A DNA stretch of 64,000 bases from the human T2T-CHM13v2.0 reference genome, Homo sapiens. Both the position numbers and the translations under genes were made by a program. The first letter of the stretch is position 1. Every line of letters begins with the position of its first letter. Under the pieces are notes generated by a model. The model worked only from the letters and a program-made list of their open reading frames with translations, had not been told where the DNA came from and made no database searches. Of this stretch, positions 29,071 through 43,646 are shown piece after piece. The stretch is taken from NCBI RefSeq assembly GCF_009914755.1, contig NC_060942.1. The stretch is one strand, 5' to 3'.

Positions 29071-32000
29071 GTCCATTTGAGAGAGCCCTCTGTGTTGCAG
29101 CATAGAGTTAAAAATTTGCAATGGCCACAAGTCACTCTTGCTCTAAGGGTGGGGTCACAAGCCAGCCATCAGTGGCTTGGGTCCCCAAGGAATAATAGGC
29201 CTTGGCTTCAACCTTGTTTTAATGTCACATTGAAAATATTTCCCAAATATATGTTATTGCTTTATCTGTGGTTATATAATGTTCTACACAATTGGTCTGT
29301 TTAATTTTGTGACAGAAATTCAAACTGGTTGTTTAATTGAATTTTTCCATTATTTCTGCTTATAATTTATTTGTGTGTCTAAATATATCCTGAAACACAG
29401 ACTGGGGCCTATGTACTCAACAAACAAGCAAACAGAAATCACTCAATGAAGAGGAACAAAACATCCTGTTTCTGAAAGAGGCAGATAAATTTGTATTTAT
29501 TTATTTTATTTTTTCACTATTCAGCTTTTGAACTTTGGTTGCTCAAATTCAGGAGATAATTGTTTAAGTTGCCACAAGAATCATCCTGTGGAATCTCAGC
29601 GTGAAGCTAGCAGTACTAAAATGTGCAAAATTTGAACTCCAAAGGAAATTTCATCCCCTCATATCATCAGACTGAAAACATCCAAATGGTTAGAGATTTA
29701 CCTTTGTCCGTTGAACCTCTCACCATGTCAGTGGATCTCCCACGTTAAAAAAACAGGCGGAATTCTGGAAGTTGAAATATACAGGCCACATAAGTTTGGT
29801 ATCTTGGAAACATAAAAGCAATTAAATGCTCCCTCAACCCACACACAAACACACATACAACACATCATCCCTTAAGATGTGACATCCAACTTCTAATAAA
29901 AAATTTCGCCAACAATAAAGCCATGAAAGCAATGCACATTGTCTGAATAAAAGCCTTCTTTTGACGAGAAAATGACTATTAATGAGAACATGTTCGTTTC
30001 TGACATCAAGCTTGAAGAGACATAGGTCATAAATCTCTTTGATCTTCTTGCTAAAGCTAGAATCAAGCAAAGAAGTTCATTCATTTAAAAAAAAATCCTT
30101 TTGATTGAAATGATTCCATTTAGTTACAAGTAATTTATCATGTTTCTCTTTCCCTTCCCAGGTTTGGTTTGTTTTTCATTCTCGACTCCATCATCACAGT
30201 TAAATCTTTGCTTGGGTTCCAACTCGTTGTTACTTAAGGGTTTCTTATTTGAAGGAGGTCAGGCAAAACTTCTAAGAGAAATGTGTACTGGTAGGGGGGT
30301 CTAGTCTGGGAGATGAGACAAACAACAATAAGAATTCATAAATTTTGAACAAAAAAAAATGTCTCTCGTAGTCAGCCTGTAAGCTGCCTTCACTTGGTTT
30401 AGACGCATCAACACTGCCCTCTCTTGTTTTTTCACAGCTTACATTGAAACTTTGGCTTCAATGCACACCCTTAACCAATCCAGCATCTCTTTCTTCCCAT
30501 TGCTTCCCGAAAGTCACCACCAAAAACAGAACATAGAGTTCTGATATATTCTCTTCCAGTTCCATTTATTCCCAGTTTTATTAAATATGGGATCTTTTGT
30601 TTATTTCTGGGTGTGTCTGCTCCTGTCTTAATACAAAGGACCTGGGAGGAGCAGGAGGTGTAAGCCTCTTATGAGCAATGTCCCTTTGGACATGTCATTC
30701 AAGCAGCCCTGACAGAACTGCCATCTTTTTATTTCTATAAGGATGATGAATTCCACTTCCAATATACTCTGAGAACGTATTTGCAGATTGCCGTCCTGGC
30801 TGCAAGGTAAAATTTGGAGTCCTTTTTTCGATTATTTCAAACCAAACTTCCTCACTATCTGGGGCCTCGGAACTTCCTTGGTGAAAAGAATTAAAGCCAG
30901 AGGGTTATTGTGCAAAGCTGCAGGAGTGTCTGCACACCTTTCGTGAGGCAGAGAAGGCAAGAGATTGCCAAATACTCACATCTTTACCTCTCTTAATTTT
31001 CAACAAATAAAATTTAAAGGAAGGATTTTTCTCTCCATTTCTGAAAGAATTCAGAGAAAATGGAAGATATTCAGGCTTAAGTCACTGATTGGCACAGTTA
31101 ATTATCCCTCTTGCTTCCCACTCTTGATTAGCATTTTGATTTTGGTCAAATGAGTTGGAATCACAGGACAGAAAGAAGTATTAAAAAACAAAATGATCAC
31201 TTGAGTCATAGGCTTTTAATTTTTTACATGCAAAATTTTGGAACTACCACTCTAGCTCATTCACAGGATACAAGCTATTTTTTTTAGTGCTTCTGAATAC
31301 ACAAATCTGAGATGGACCAAAATGAGGCTAAGAAAGCTAGATGAAAACCTACAGCAGCTCTTCCCTTCTAGGTCAAATATGTGTTTCGATTTGGGTGGGA
31401 AAGGTGTTATAGGAAAGCTCTCAACTTCCTCTTCCCATAAAACCTGTGGGTGAACAAGGGTAAAATAGGTTCCATTTCTTTTGTCTCATTTCATTAATTA
31501 TTGGTAACCATCTGTCACTGCATTAAAGAAGGACACTGATGACCTGATTGAGTTCAGTAGGGGGAAAAATAATTCTGGGATCTATTAATGATGCATGCCA
31601 CAGGAGTAAGAATAAGGAAGGAGAGTATCCATAATTGTTTCAGACTTGGCTTTTCTTGTTAGGAGCCAGCTCAGGATGTGGAAGTCCATGCTTTTCTTTT
31701 GCACTTAGAGAAGACTGGCTTATTTGTTTAGCAGTATGCAAAGGAGGGCTTTCCAGAAGTGAGAGACAGGACTGACCACTTAGAGGTGGAGGGAGGACAG
31801 GAAAAAATTTAACTTATTTACCTGAAGAGAGAGAAAAAGATCTTCAGGTTTCTCAGCAGCCAAGAAACAGCAAAACAGGGCACAGAAAGGTACCTCTAAA
31901 TAACAAATGGCCGGATACAATATTGGAGGAGGGCGAGGCAAGTGTTCACTTGATGAGAAGGTAACACTGAGAAGGATGATTTCAGTATTTCAGTTTTCAA

Positions 32001-32344
32001 CCACTATCAGCTTGTGCCTTTTTCTATGGTGTCCTGCTCATAATTCAGCATCCAGTGGTGTTCTGCTTCCTTTCCTTCTCACTTATCCAAACTTACTCTT
32101 GGGGAAACCTCTCACATTGGCCATCCAATGGCTAATATTGGAGATACTTTGCCACTGTCATTGTCAAAATATACCTGTTTCACCTCTAGGCATTTGGAAA
32201 TGGCAAGAGAAGATAAAAACAATTTTATCAAATGTCTATGAGATTTTCCTGCCTCACTCCATACTATAGACTTGCAGAGCCCCAGATGGCCGACAGTTTA
32301 TCTGAATGGGCATTATCAGCTTGTTTTCTTGTTGTAATGAAACA

Positions 32345-32585
32345 ATTACTGAATTTTAACTCATCAGGTATATATTCAAATCCTGTGATTCTTTTGCATG
32401 CCATCTGGGTGACCTTGGCCAAGTCACTTAACCTCTCTGAGTCTAGTTTTCTGTCCTATAAAATGAGGAAAATAATTCCTGCCTTGCCTACTTCACAATG
32501 TTGCTGTGAAGATCAAATGAGGTACTGTATGTGAAAGTCCTTTGAAACACTACAAAACACTGCACAGATGCAAGCTATTGTTATA
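32345..32585 (+). mobile_element. MIR
   Basis: ttcaaatcctg...gtgaccttggccaagtcacttaacctctctgagtctagttttc...aaaatgagg, the MIR core. Confidence 0.9.
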
Positions 32586-34075
32586 AAGCTGAATCCCGGT
32601 GGGTCCCTGTGGTTTTTGAGCCATACGTGTGCATGCTGGGTCTAGTCTATCATTATTTCTAAATATGGCTGGTCTACTGGCTTCTGAAGTTTCCACATGA
32701 AATGCAGTCTGTGTATTTGCTGGAAGCCTCTGCTCTATGTCCTCAAATAATGGGCCATTTAGTGTTACATTCCAAACCAGCAGAACCAGCATTTCTGACC
32801 TTGTACCTGTGACCTGCAGAAGTACTATTGTATCTCAGAGATAAACGTATCTGAACTGCAAGGTGCTTAAAGATATATTTAGTGCATAGGGATTTCATTT
32901 GTCACTGAGCGATTTTACAGTGTCTGATATAAGCTGGAGATTTTATGATCTATAATCAAAGGCTTTTGCAGATACCTCTCCTTAATTTGGATTTGTGACA
33001 GTATTAAAAAAATGGGACTTTCATCTTTGGATCCATTTTACTTACTTGGGTGAAATAGCAATGTATGCTTTTAAGTGAAAGTCACTTAAAAATTTCAGAC
33101 TGTCCTTAGTAACGCAGGAACTCTTGACACAAACTTGTACTATTGACTTAAGGAAAAAATATTCTATTTCCTTCCTCTTTTGATCACCATGGAATCTTCC
33201 TTGAACAGACTGCTTTCACTTCTAAAACTCAATGAACTAGAGGTCTAATGGGCATGAATGTAGAGGATATTTATCTTGTTGCAACTGTAGACAGAGTCTT
33301 TATCACTGAAAGGTGCATGGCATGATGGAGGTAAAATCTTGGAATGTTAGAACTAGTCCAGAACATTCGGAGTGTTTTTTTAAAGAGTCTCATTTTACAT
33401 ATGTAAAAGCTGAGCCTCAAATAGACTTAGAAGTACACCAAAAAACATACTTTCATGATTCACAAAATATGTACTAGAATCAAATAAGGCAAAAGTATCC
33501 TCTCTAGTGCACAACAAATAAACAATTTTATTATGAGTAATATATCAGTCTCTCTACATTTTAATAAATTTCTACAGATAATTTGAGCCATGGAATCTTA
33601 CTTTATGGCATATAGCACTTTTCCCCACCCTACTAAAAATGTCATGAAATAATGAAGAAGGATTCTTCCTTCCACCAAGCTGTCTGAAGATGTTAAATCC
33701 ATGTAAATATTTTATGGTATATTTACCACTCACGTGAGTAGATTGCATGCATATACCAAGTGAGGAAAACCAACCAACCTCAAACACAAAACAAATTATT
33801 TCTTCCTTATCCCACTTTATTTATTCTTTTGAGATAAAACGTAATACCTAGTGATGCAATTAATGTTGAATCTATCTCTCAGGTTCCTAGGACTCCAAAT
33901 CTCAGAAGAGTCTAAAAATAATATTTCTGCTTGGTCTCAATTAAACACTTACCCCTATTCTCCATCACCTCATCTCCAGGGCCTCTAGCCTCACTTTTTT
34001 TGTTATAAATCTGTGCTCTTATGGCTTCCACTAAAGAGAAGCCAAAGGTCAGCCATCAACAGTTGTCATCTTACA

Positions 34076-34153
34076 TTGTGAGAGTGCACTACACAGGTGC
34101 GTATAAAGGAAGATGGCAATCACAGGAGCCATCTTGGCGTCTGGCTGGCACAA
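34076..34153 (-). mobile_element. MLT1-family LTR end fragment
   Basis: actacacaggtgcgtataaaggaagatggcaatcacaggagccatcttggcgtctggctggcaca. Confidence 0.5.
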
Positions 34154-35999
34154 CTCACAAAGTAAAAGAAAATACAGAGAGGAATTGATAGATTCAATAA
34201 ATATTTGAGGAGTGTTTTTCTAGAGACCTGAAAAAAAAATTGTGGCTGGTTTTAAAACAAGTGGAAATGCTCAATATTACGGAGTCTGCACCACATTATA
34301 TTGTGAAGTCCAGCTAAAATGTTGCTCCAGCAGATGAACACCTGCTTTCTAGAACAAGTTTAACCCACCAACATCTGTGTCTATACCTTGCTGTCATTGG
34401 AGTTTATGAGATGTAGTGACCCTCCCTGAGCAGAGGCCAGCCTGACCCACACCCAGGTCAAGACACTGATGCCATTTTCTCACAAATTTTTTTTTGTGCC
34501 TTCTACATTTCAAGTGTCTGTTCTGTTGCCTGGATATTTATAATTCTTTTCTTAATATTGATTGGACAAATCCAGTGAGAAAACTGACTGGTTCCATGAT
34601 GCCTCAGAAGCTGGGCTCTATTTTAAGACATAATTTTATTAGCAACAGCAACTGAATCACCTGGCCACAAGAAGTTTTTCCCTTGGCTTGGGAACAAAAT
34701 TGGGTCTTGAGCCAGACTATGAACAAGCTGATGGTGTGCAAATGCCAGCACTAAGACAAGGGATGCCACTCAGCTAAAGGGGCTCAAGGAAAATGAAACT
34801 GAAGTGAGATTTGGCAATACTATCCCCCACACTTGATCAGTTGATAACTATTGTAATGGAAAACTGAACACAATGGAAGATTGAACATAAGGCCCAAGGA
34901 GAGACTCTTCAGGTAGCCAAATTCTGATAGAGGCTTTTGGGAAAGTGGGCTACTTAGATATTTAGATAAGAAAGACCATATTTAGATATACAGAGGTATT
35001 TTATTTTTGAATATCCTTAGGTCCAAGATGATTTGGAAACATTTCAGGATAGAACAATTAACAGAAAAGCTGTAGAGTTGTATGTCAGAAAACATGATTT
35101 AAATGGCTTAATATAAGTCGAAGTCCTTCAGTAGATTAGGCTTCAGAGCTGTATTGATTCAGACCTGGATCAGTTCTACCTTCTCACTTGCTTCTATAGA
35201 GCCAGTCTCATCCCAAGACTGGATTCCCCAGTGAAAACAAATTTGTTGCTACAGTTCCAGACTTCACATCTGCATATCAACCACCATCCTGATGAAGACA
35301 AAGTGAGCTTTTTTCCCAGCATCTCTGACAGAGATCCAAAATGGACTCATTAGATTGCTTAAACTGGATGGTTAATGAGTGTGGCCAGGAGAATAGAATG
35401 TGCTGATTGATTTACTCCCAGTGGGTCCCTGAACTGGACCAGTGGTGAGGCCAGAAGTCCAAATCCTTCAAAGAACAGAATTGCAAGAAGTACAGATACC
35501 CCAATTAAAATTAAGTCTGTGTTCAGGGGAGGATCCTGAGGCTTAGTGAAGTAAGGTGACTTCCCAAGACCACGCTGTAGCACAATGAGTAAGGTTTGAC
35601 CCTCAACTCTGACAGGCATAACCACTGTCCCAGCCTCCAACTTTTATTTTCAACCCAAGTGGCTTCTGAACTTGACTCTTCTGGCTTTTCTCTTCTAACC
35701 TGTTGAATAATGTGATGGCATTGCATGACCCATAAGGTCCTATTCATGCTATAATTCTATTTTCCCTGTAGCAAAAAGGTGGTATATGTATATGTTTTGC
35801 TTCAAAGCTATAGATATTAGCATTTGCTGGTCTAGTATGAATACCAATCATGTCTGTGTTAATTAAGGTCTGCAATTAACCCAACTAGGAGACAATATCA
35901 AGAGTAACTTGAAAACAAGAATGAGTCTGAGATTCATTTCTTTATCAATTCACTCACTGGCAAATGTTTATTGAGTTCCTATTATTTGGCAAGTAATAT

Positions 36000-36312
<313 letters not shown>

Positions 36313-36326
36313 TAAGTAGTAGGATG

Positions 36327-36494
36327 GGCAACCTTGCTACAAGTGTCATCTGTGGACCAAGGGCATTGGTACTCATGGTGAACATGTTAGAAATGCAGAC
36401 TCTCAGGCCGTACCCAAGTCCCCCAGATCAGAATTTGCATTTTTAACAAGATCTCCAGTTCATTTGTATGCACATTAAAGTTGGATAAATACTG
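36327..36494. mobile_element. MER5A (hAT-Charlie MITE)
   Basis: tgttagaaatgcagactctcaggcc...gatcagaatttgcatttttaacaagatctccag...cacattaaagttg. Confidence 0.85.
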
Positions 36495-37595
36495 TATAAG
36501 AAAACAAGATAAAGTCATTGACCTTTAACTAACAAAAAAGAAAAATTTTAAAAAACCATGTTCTTTTACTTAGGTTATAAAGAATAATATTCATTTATGT
36601 ATTCATTAACATGTTACCAAAATACAATTGTATTCTAATTGATTATAATTTTCAAGAATGAATTATCAATTTAGAGGAAATTGAGCTCTTGATTCTCTTA
36701 TCGATGTCCAAGAATCATCCATTCATTCCATTTTATCTTTGAAATACATAATTACTTCTTAAAAGATTTAAACATTGAGGAGAAATGGTCCTAGGTAATA
36801 TATATAGCATCTTAGAAACCAGAAAGAATTGGTAGAAAGTATTATAGAACTATCAAGTGTGGGCTACTTTAACGCTCAGGGATGGTATCTACTGTTTTTT
36901 ATTTGGAAAATATTCTTCTGGTTTATATGAGATGAGGAACAGCAGCCTCTTCTGGTTCTTCACAATGAGGCTTTGGATATTACATATTCTGGAATACAGC
37001 AGGTTAAATGAAATATTCATTTTATCTTTCAAAACACAGACTGGAACTGTACCCAATGCCCACTGGGAAGTATCAAAGAAGATAAATTATTGGGAAAAGC
37101 AGATTTTGCCTTCTTCTTCTCTCTGGTCTATGTGCTTTCCAAATCCAGACTCTCTTTTCTTTTTTCCTCCCCTTTGGGAGCATTTTAAGAAGATAAATAC
37201 AGATTTATCATTTTTAGCCCAAATGAATGTTTTCAAAATAAGTTGTGGTGCTGTCTGCCAGCAGTAGGCACCCCTGTGTTCACTAGTAAAATTCTGCCAA
37301 ACCCTCAGTCCTCATGGGCACCTTTGCACTCTAATTGCCAAAAAGGAAAGGAAAAAAGCCTCACATCAAGTATGTGGCACCCAAGGGATAGAAAAGCAAA
37401 GAATATGCACATGAACAGTAACATTTTTCAAAGAAGAAACATAATTTGCTGGAGCAGTGATAGGTGAATGGATTTTTCTACAGATATTCACTCCACAGTT
37501 TAACCATTAATAACTTCTTTGCCCTGGATGGAAACATTTACACATGGGACCTCAACATGGTCCTAATGGTAATACCTAGTTATCAACCCTAAGAT

Positions 37596-37696
37596 CAGAT
37601 CCATGCAGGGTGGTTTTGTAGGCTGTGCCTTGCACAGCTCCACTGTACATCCCCACAAAGCAACATTCATGCAGATGATAATGTGCATGGCATCTG
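37596..37696. mobile_element. MER91-like hAT MITE
   Basis: Terminal inverted repeats cagatccatgca / tgcatggcatctg around gtaggctgtgccttgcacagctcc. Confidence 0.6.
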
Positions 37697-40274
37697 CAGG
37701 GTTGTTCAGCATGTCCACCCACCACCTAAAGTTCCTTCTCAACAACAATGCAGTCTTTCATCAGAAAATCATTGACACCTCAGCCTGCCATTCCACCTCC
37801 TTCCACTATTCCATGCTCACCATAAGTAACTCTAAACTTGGTGAAATGATTTAAACTTTCATAACATAACTCTTCTCCACCTATATCTTCTTTTGGTCCG
37901 TGACACCTAAAATGAACTTCCAACTTTTGACTAATTCGTCTTTCCTCTAGGACATCCACACAAAAAAATAATAATTGCCAACTTTGTTTATTTGTTTGGT
38001 TTTTAAATACAAAAATAGTGGAATGGTCAATAAATAGAAAAGATGCATCTGGTAAACAATGTAAGTGTCCTGGGCTTTCTGCAAATCTCAGCCCAATGGC
38101 ATGTATTTGCAAACAAGACCACTTCGTTAGTTAAAATTTCATGTGGGATATCACATAATGTTCGGAGAACTCTGCTGTCTGCCACTACCATGAACAAAGT
38201 TGTTTATCAGAGTTTCTTCTCTCCCTACACTGACTGGAGACACTCACATTTATTCTGTAAATGTATTCTTTTTATTTTTCTGTAGATTATATTGCTGTAA
38301 ATATCTCATTTCTGTGAATGTAATTACTGCACCTTCAATAGCCACCAAGAACAGGTGCACAATGACATTTGATGAACAAAGAAGAGAATGAATTAATTAA
38401 TAAATGAGTGTGAAACACTGTGCTGGAAATGTTTCTACACAAGAATTAAGGAAAACTTAAGATCATGATTCAACCATTGGGTCTAGCATCTAGTTGAGGT
38501 TCCAAAACCATGTTGAGTTAAATTAAGGTCTAAATCTTTGCCAATTTCCAAATAGTGAAGTGAAAAGTAGTGATAATAGTGCAAAAGTCATGGGGTGTGT
38601 CAGGGGTTGGGGAGATTGTTAAGGTCTGAAGAGATGAAGTTTGAGCTGCCCTTCAATGGATGTGTAAAATTTATTTCAAATCGTGCTAATTTATACATAG
38701 CCATTTATAAAGATGGGTAATCTTAATGACTAAGGAAAGTTCATTAACAAAAGAGACAAGAGACCTAGGATTTTTATGTCACCATAATGTTTGCTAACAT
38801 AAGCACAGTATTTGCCTTACAAATCTGATATAAGAAGACACCATTTCTTTAGGATGAAGCAACTCTCTGAAATCACAATTCTTTGTAGTTGTCTGATGGC
38901 AGATTATATTTTTACCACCTATTCTTGCCTTGATTTAGGACACATTATAGAATGTTTGGTGGAAATTGGCACTGAATACAAGAGCCCCTCCAGACAATTT
39001 TAAAGTATATGCAATCTAATTAGCAGAGAGAAACCCTCAAAAATGGTGTCTGGACTCAAAGAAGATGAGAGTGTCCCTGATCAGAATTCTTCTTAAAATC
39101 TATTTAATCAATAGATACATATGTAGTGATCAGTTTGGCATCCTTGAATGTAGCATTGGTATAAAAAATGCATCTCATTCTGATGCATTTGGTGCCCCTA
39201 AACCCATTCTAAATGTGTCTTTGATCCAGTTCCCCAAATAGTGATCAGGCTGGAAAAATAAATAAATAATAAATTTTATTTGTGTGTATTTATTTCTTTA
39301 AAATAGCAGCTTTGAAGAATCTATGTGTTGGCCAGGCAATACAAAAAGTGAGGTCCCTGGGTTCTGGTTAAATAAAGTTGCACCATGTTGTGTATGTGTA
39401 TATGTGTCTTTTTAAAAGTCTTATCTCTTTAACAGTGGTGTTTCTATAATGATTTAATGATAGCTGCTGATGGTTTGGCACTGCCTTTCCTTCTTAACAG
39501 TATGAATAAAGCAATAGGGCATCTGTGATATGCAGACATATAAATCTCAAAACAAAAAGGGTCATTTGGATCTCCCATTGCTCAGAAAACACCATTTATA
39601 TTTCCCATATGCTTTATTTAGTTATCTGAGTGTTTCATTATACTTTTTTCTATTTCCTTTGCTTCTGAGGGCATTGACCCATCTCTTTCTTAAGACATAA
39701 AGAATAAGAACAGAGATTTAAAAATCACAGCAATTCAACATTAAGTCCTCCACTTCCTCTCATCTTTGGTGAAAATTTAATGACATTTGAAACCTGACTC
39801 CATCCTTCATGTCCAGGAGGGTGTTAGTAACTTAACCTTTTATTTCCCCATCGAATATAAATTCTGCCTTTGCTAGGAAGGATTAGCCAAGAATAGGGCA
39901 AAACCATTGTATTCCACTTCAGAAATGGCTCCTGGAGAGTGCTCTGGGTGAACTCTCCTCCGGATTGCCCTGGTCCTCAGCTGGCCCTTTGTACAGAGGA
40001 ATGAGTAAGTAGATCCAGGGAGGTTGTGATGCTTTTCTCTATTCCTGCAACCCTGAGGAACAAGTAGAATTCATCAAGGTATCTTTGCTTGATTGCACCT
40101 CATTGTCCGTACCTTTTATCATTTGATCTCTTGAGATTTTAATGATTTGATGATGATCTGTTTGTCAGGATGCCTGCAAGCATAGACCTGTGAATCTGCT
40201 TTCCTGATAGACTGGCACCCCAAGGTATACTTTTTTTATCAAAAGGTAACATCGATCTCAGTGTTGCTTTTCCA

Positions 40275-40490
40275 TTATTCAGTCCTGCCACCTATTATTT
40301 GCTACTGGCCGGGCCTCTGTCAAGTCCTTTAACCTTCTGAGCCTCAGTTTCTACATGTGTAAAATGGGGATAGCAATATCTGCCTTGCATGGTTGCTGAG
40401 ATGATTTTTTTAGATTCAACAGCCTGATGTATATAAGACATATCAGTGTGCCTGACATTTAGTAGACACTCAAAAAATGTCAGTTTCTTT
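40275..40490 (+). mobile_element. MIR
   Basis: caagtcctttaaccttctgagcctcagtttctacatgtgtaaaatggggatagc...tagtagacactcaaaaaatg. Confidence 0.88.
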
Positions 40491-43269
40491 TCCTTTCTCA
40501 GTCTTCATTGAATTTCCACCATGATACAAAGCATGGAAATCCACATAAATCTGGAAATTTCTTTGGAATTAACGAAAAACATTAATATTTCTCACATGTG
40601 ACTAATGATACTTCTTGAACCAAAGCTGAACTCTAAAATCCTTTCGGAGCTCTCTCCCTCCTTGTCCATTATTACAGCAGCTCATATCAGAGCATCTGTC
40701 AAAAATTGCACTGGGACACATTTGGCAGTCACTTTCCCCCTCATTCACTTAATGTTATCCATCAAAGGGCAACCATAGTCAAAGAAGCAATGGTACAAAT
40801 GAAGATATGGAGCCATGAGAAGTTTAAAGGAAAAAAAAAGTCAAATCGGTTTTGATCGTTGTCCATTGTCTGTGAGATATGACTTCTGTCATTACAGGAT
40901 GCACTCTAGCACTAACTTTGTGGTTCAGTATATCTCTCATGGGTCCTTGAAATGTGATTTTATTACCGGAATTACTGAGAGGACCATGCAGTGCCATGGG
41001 ATTAACTGGAACTAGGTCATGAGACACCAACGAGAGTTTTGCAAATACAAATGTGCAAATGGGTTTCTCTGTTCATGGTGGATTAGATCAATCTTGTCTG
41101 TAAGGCTTTGGCAAGTCTACCATTTTGTTGGGAAATGACTGCAGAACATCCATCTTCCCTGGACTCTAAAACAACTTCCCCTCTGTTCTTTGAGTGAGTC
41201 CACTAGTGCACAGAACGGAGCCAATGAAGGCAATGGTCTAAAAAGCCTTGCCACCTGAGGTATCTGGGTACATTATCAGACAGATGAGAGGGAGACACAT
41301 TCACATTGGATCCATTTCACATCAGATGCATTGCACGGCATAAACAGTAACAGGAAAGGAAAGGCTGGGTGCCCCTGCCACCAGCCTCAGAGCCGCATGA
41401 AGTTGTCACCTAACATCAGCAGCCCGACCCTTCCCTGGACTCTCTGGGAGGCAGCCCTATGCTATGCCTACCTCTTCGTTAGGCTTCTCACTAACAGCAC
41501 CTCTTAGCACTAATTCAGATGGTAAAATAACACTGCCTCTGCCCCGTGTAATCAAACAGCAGAAGGAATGTGGCACCAAAAAGCCCGAGTATGAGGAAGT
41601 AATAAATATGTTTTAAGATGACAGTTTCAAGGAGCCTAAGCCTGCACGACAGAGTTGAAGGCAGACAGCTTCAGATGGCAGAAGCTGCTGAGGAGATGTC
41701 TTCGAGACCAGCAGTGTCTGAAAGGAAAGAACAGAATGCAGGCCAGGTCTGGATCAGAGGAAAAGCCCCAGAGACGTGCAATAAGATGCACCTTTTGAAA
41801 CAGCCAGAAGAGAGTAAGAAATAAGGAAGGGACTGAGCCAGTTCAAGTATTCTTGTAATAGGATGAGGTTGCTTTATTTCCGCATCCGAAACCCTTTCCC
41901 TTTCAAGGCATCTCATTTTACTCTACTTTGCTTTAGCCCCTGTTTCCTAAGTCCTATTTCGTAGCGCACCCAAGCTGCATAAATAAAACCACTTTGGAAA
42001 CTCCCTTCTCAGTCATCTTGGGGACACACATGATAGGCTGGGTTGGTATAACTCAGCCTTTTATATATTTTTAACTACCTGGCATAAACCCATATTTAAA
42101 TGTCACCAGTAGCAAAGCCAAGAATAAATTCACGACCGTGCCTGCATTCAAGCATGTTAGCATGCACACACGCACGTACGCCTACAGTGTTACTGAGAAC
42201 AAACTTGCCAATTTGCAAATGGGACATCAGAATACATTAAGACAAAGGTGGACCTATGGTTAAAGAGAATAAATAATTGGTTTCTGTCTTGTGGCATGTT
42301 TTAGTTAAAGATAGCAATGCAATCTCCAGTATATCTGGAAATTATTGAAACCTTTTTTTTTCCAGAGGCAAAAAAGATCAATACCTTTTTCTCTCAGTGG
42401 CATAAAACATCTCAGGTTACTTTGTCCCTGTTTATTCCAGCAACTCCAAGTTCAAAGTAAACGTTAAAGTCATGAGGGTAAAATCATATTTTCAGAGTAA
42501 ATGAGGACACTTTGAAATTGGCTAAAATGTTTGCTTCACCAGCTTTTGAGATATCAAGCTGAAGGCCTCTGCTCTAGGGATAGAGGCAAAGGAAGAGGCG
42601 AATGATTGAATGGGGGTTTTCTGTTTTTCAAGCAGAGCAGCCAAAACTGCTAGACAAAGCCACAAGCTAAGCATCTATGAAACACGATAGAGATAATTTG
42701 TCTTATCTCTGGGAGGAACAACACAGCAATTTCTGTGTGTTTCTCTCCATAAAATGGGTTTTCAAAATTTGCTGCTTTTTCCCAGGATGTTGAAAGCAAA
42801 ATATCATATTAACACCCAAAAAGATAAATGCCACTTCTATGGAAAATATTGTGAGATGTCACCAAATGTAAAAGCAAAGGCCTTCTCTCCAGCTGCTGAA
42901 ATGCGCATTTGTTTTATGTCTTTCCCACTGAAATGTAACCATCCCGATAGATATTTCAGCACACTATACAGAAAAAATAGAATGATCCTCCAATCATTAT
43001 CTATAGGACATTACACTGATAAATGGTGGTATTAATGAACCTAAATAAATTTGAATCCTTTCTCCCTGCAGTTATTTTGATAATACAAGAATCTAGTAAA
43101 GTACATGGAATTAACAATTAAAGGGGGTTAAGCGGACACTTAATACTTTTTCTTTTTTGCACAATTTGGCAGTAATGCATCTGCTGTAATCAGGATTTTT
43201 ATTTCTCTTTGGGAAAAAAAAGGGGGAAATGTTTATATTTTGGAAGCAAAGCCTCCAGGATTTGCAGCT

Positions 43270-43365
43270 CCTCGGTGCAGACCCAGCATGTACGTGTTTG
43301 CGTTTGTGTGTGTGGCTTGTGTGCGCATTGGTGGCCCCGCCGGGCGCGGCTGGCCTGTCTGGCTT
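43270..43365. promoter_or_regulatory. Small CpG cluster with GC box and CCAAT box (candidate promoter/enhancer)
   Basis: Eight CpGs in 43273-43348. TGCGCA at 43322-43327, ATTGG (CCAAT on the minus strand) at 43327-43331 and GCCCCGCC at 43334-43341, in non-repeat DNA. Confidence 0.5.
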
Positions 43366-43516
43366 TCTCCTTTTGCAACAGCTCCACCTTTGGGCTTCTA
43401 AAGGGAAAGGTCCTTTTTTGCTAAAGGATATGAAAGAAAAGGCAACAGCCAGAAAAATGCACTCCGTACTCAACCTTTTGTTTAGTGAAACCAGACAATA
43501 AAATTATTTTCTTCAT

Positions 43517-43646
43517 TAGAAAGAGGGACATGAAGAAGAAAGGGGAGCATGGAGAAAGAAAAGGAGGATAACAAGGAAGATAAAAGAAGGGAGACGGAGG
43601 ATAGAGAAAGAAAAAAGGAGGAGGGCAAGGACGGAAAAGGGGAGAG
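43517..43646. repeat. Polypurine (GA-rich) low-complexity tract
   Basis: About 130 bp that are mostly A/G. Confidence 0.8.

Noticed and set aside
36857-37267. Longest ORFs (136 aa here, also 16723, 28361, 62118)
   Set aside because: They show no recognisable domain, several lie in LTR or L2 sequence, and their lengths are compatible with chance.
43331-43352. CTCF motif within the CpG cluster
   Set aside because: It needs a gap and several mismatches to fit the core. A GC box plus CCAAT explains it better.
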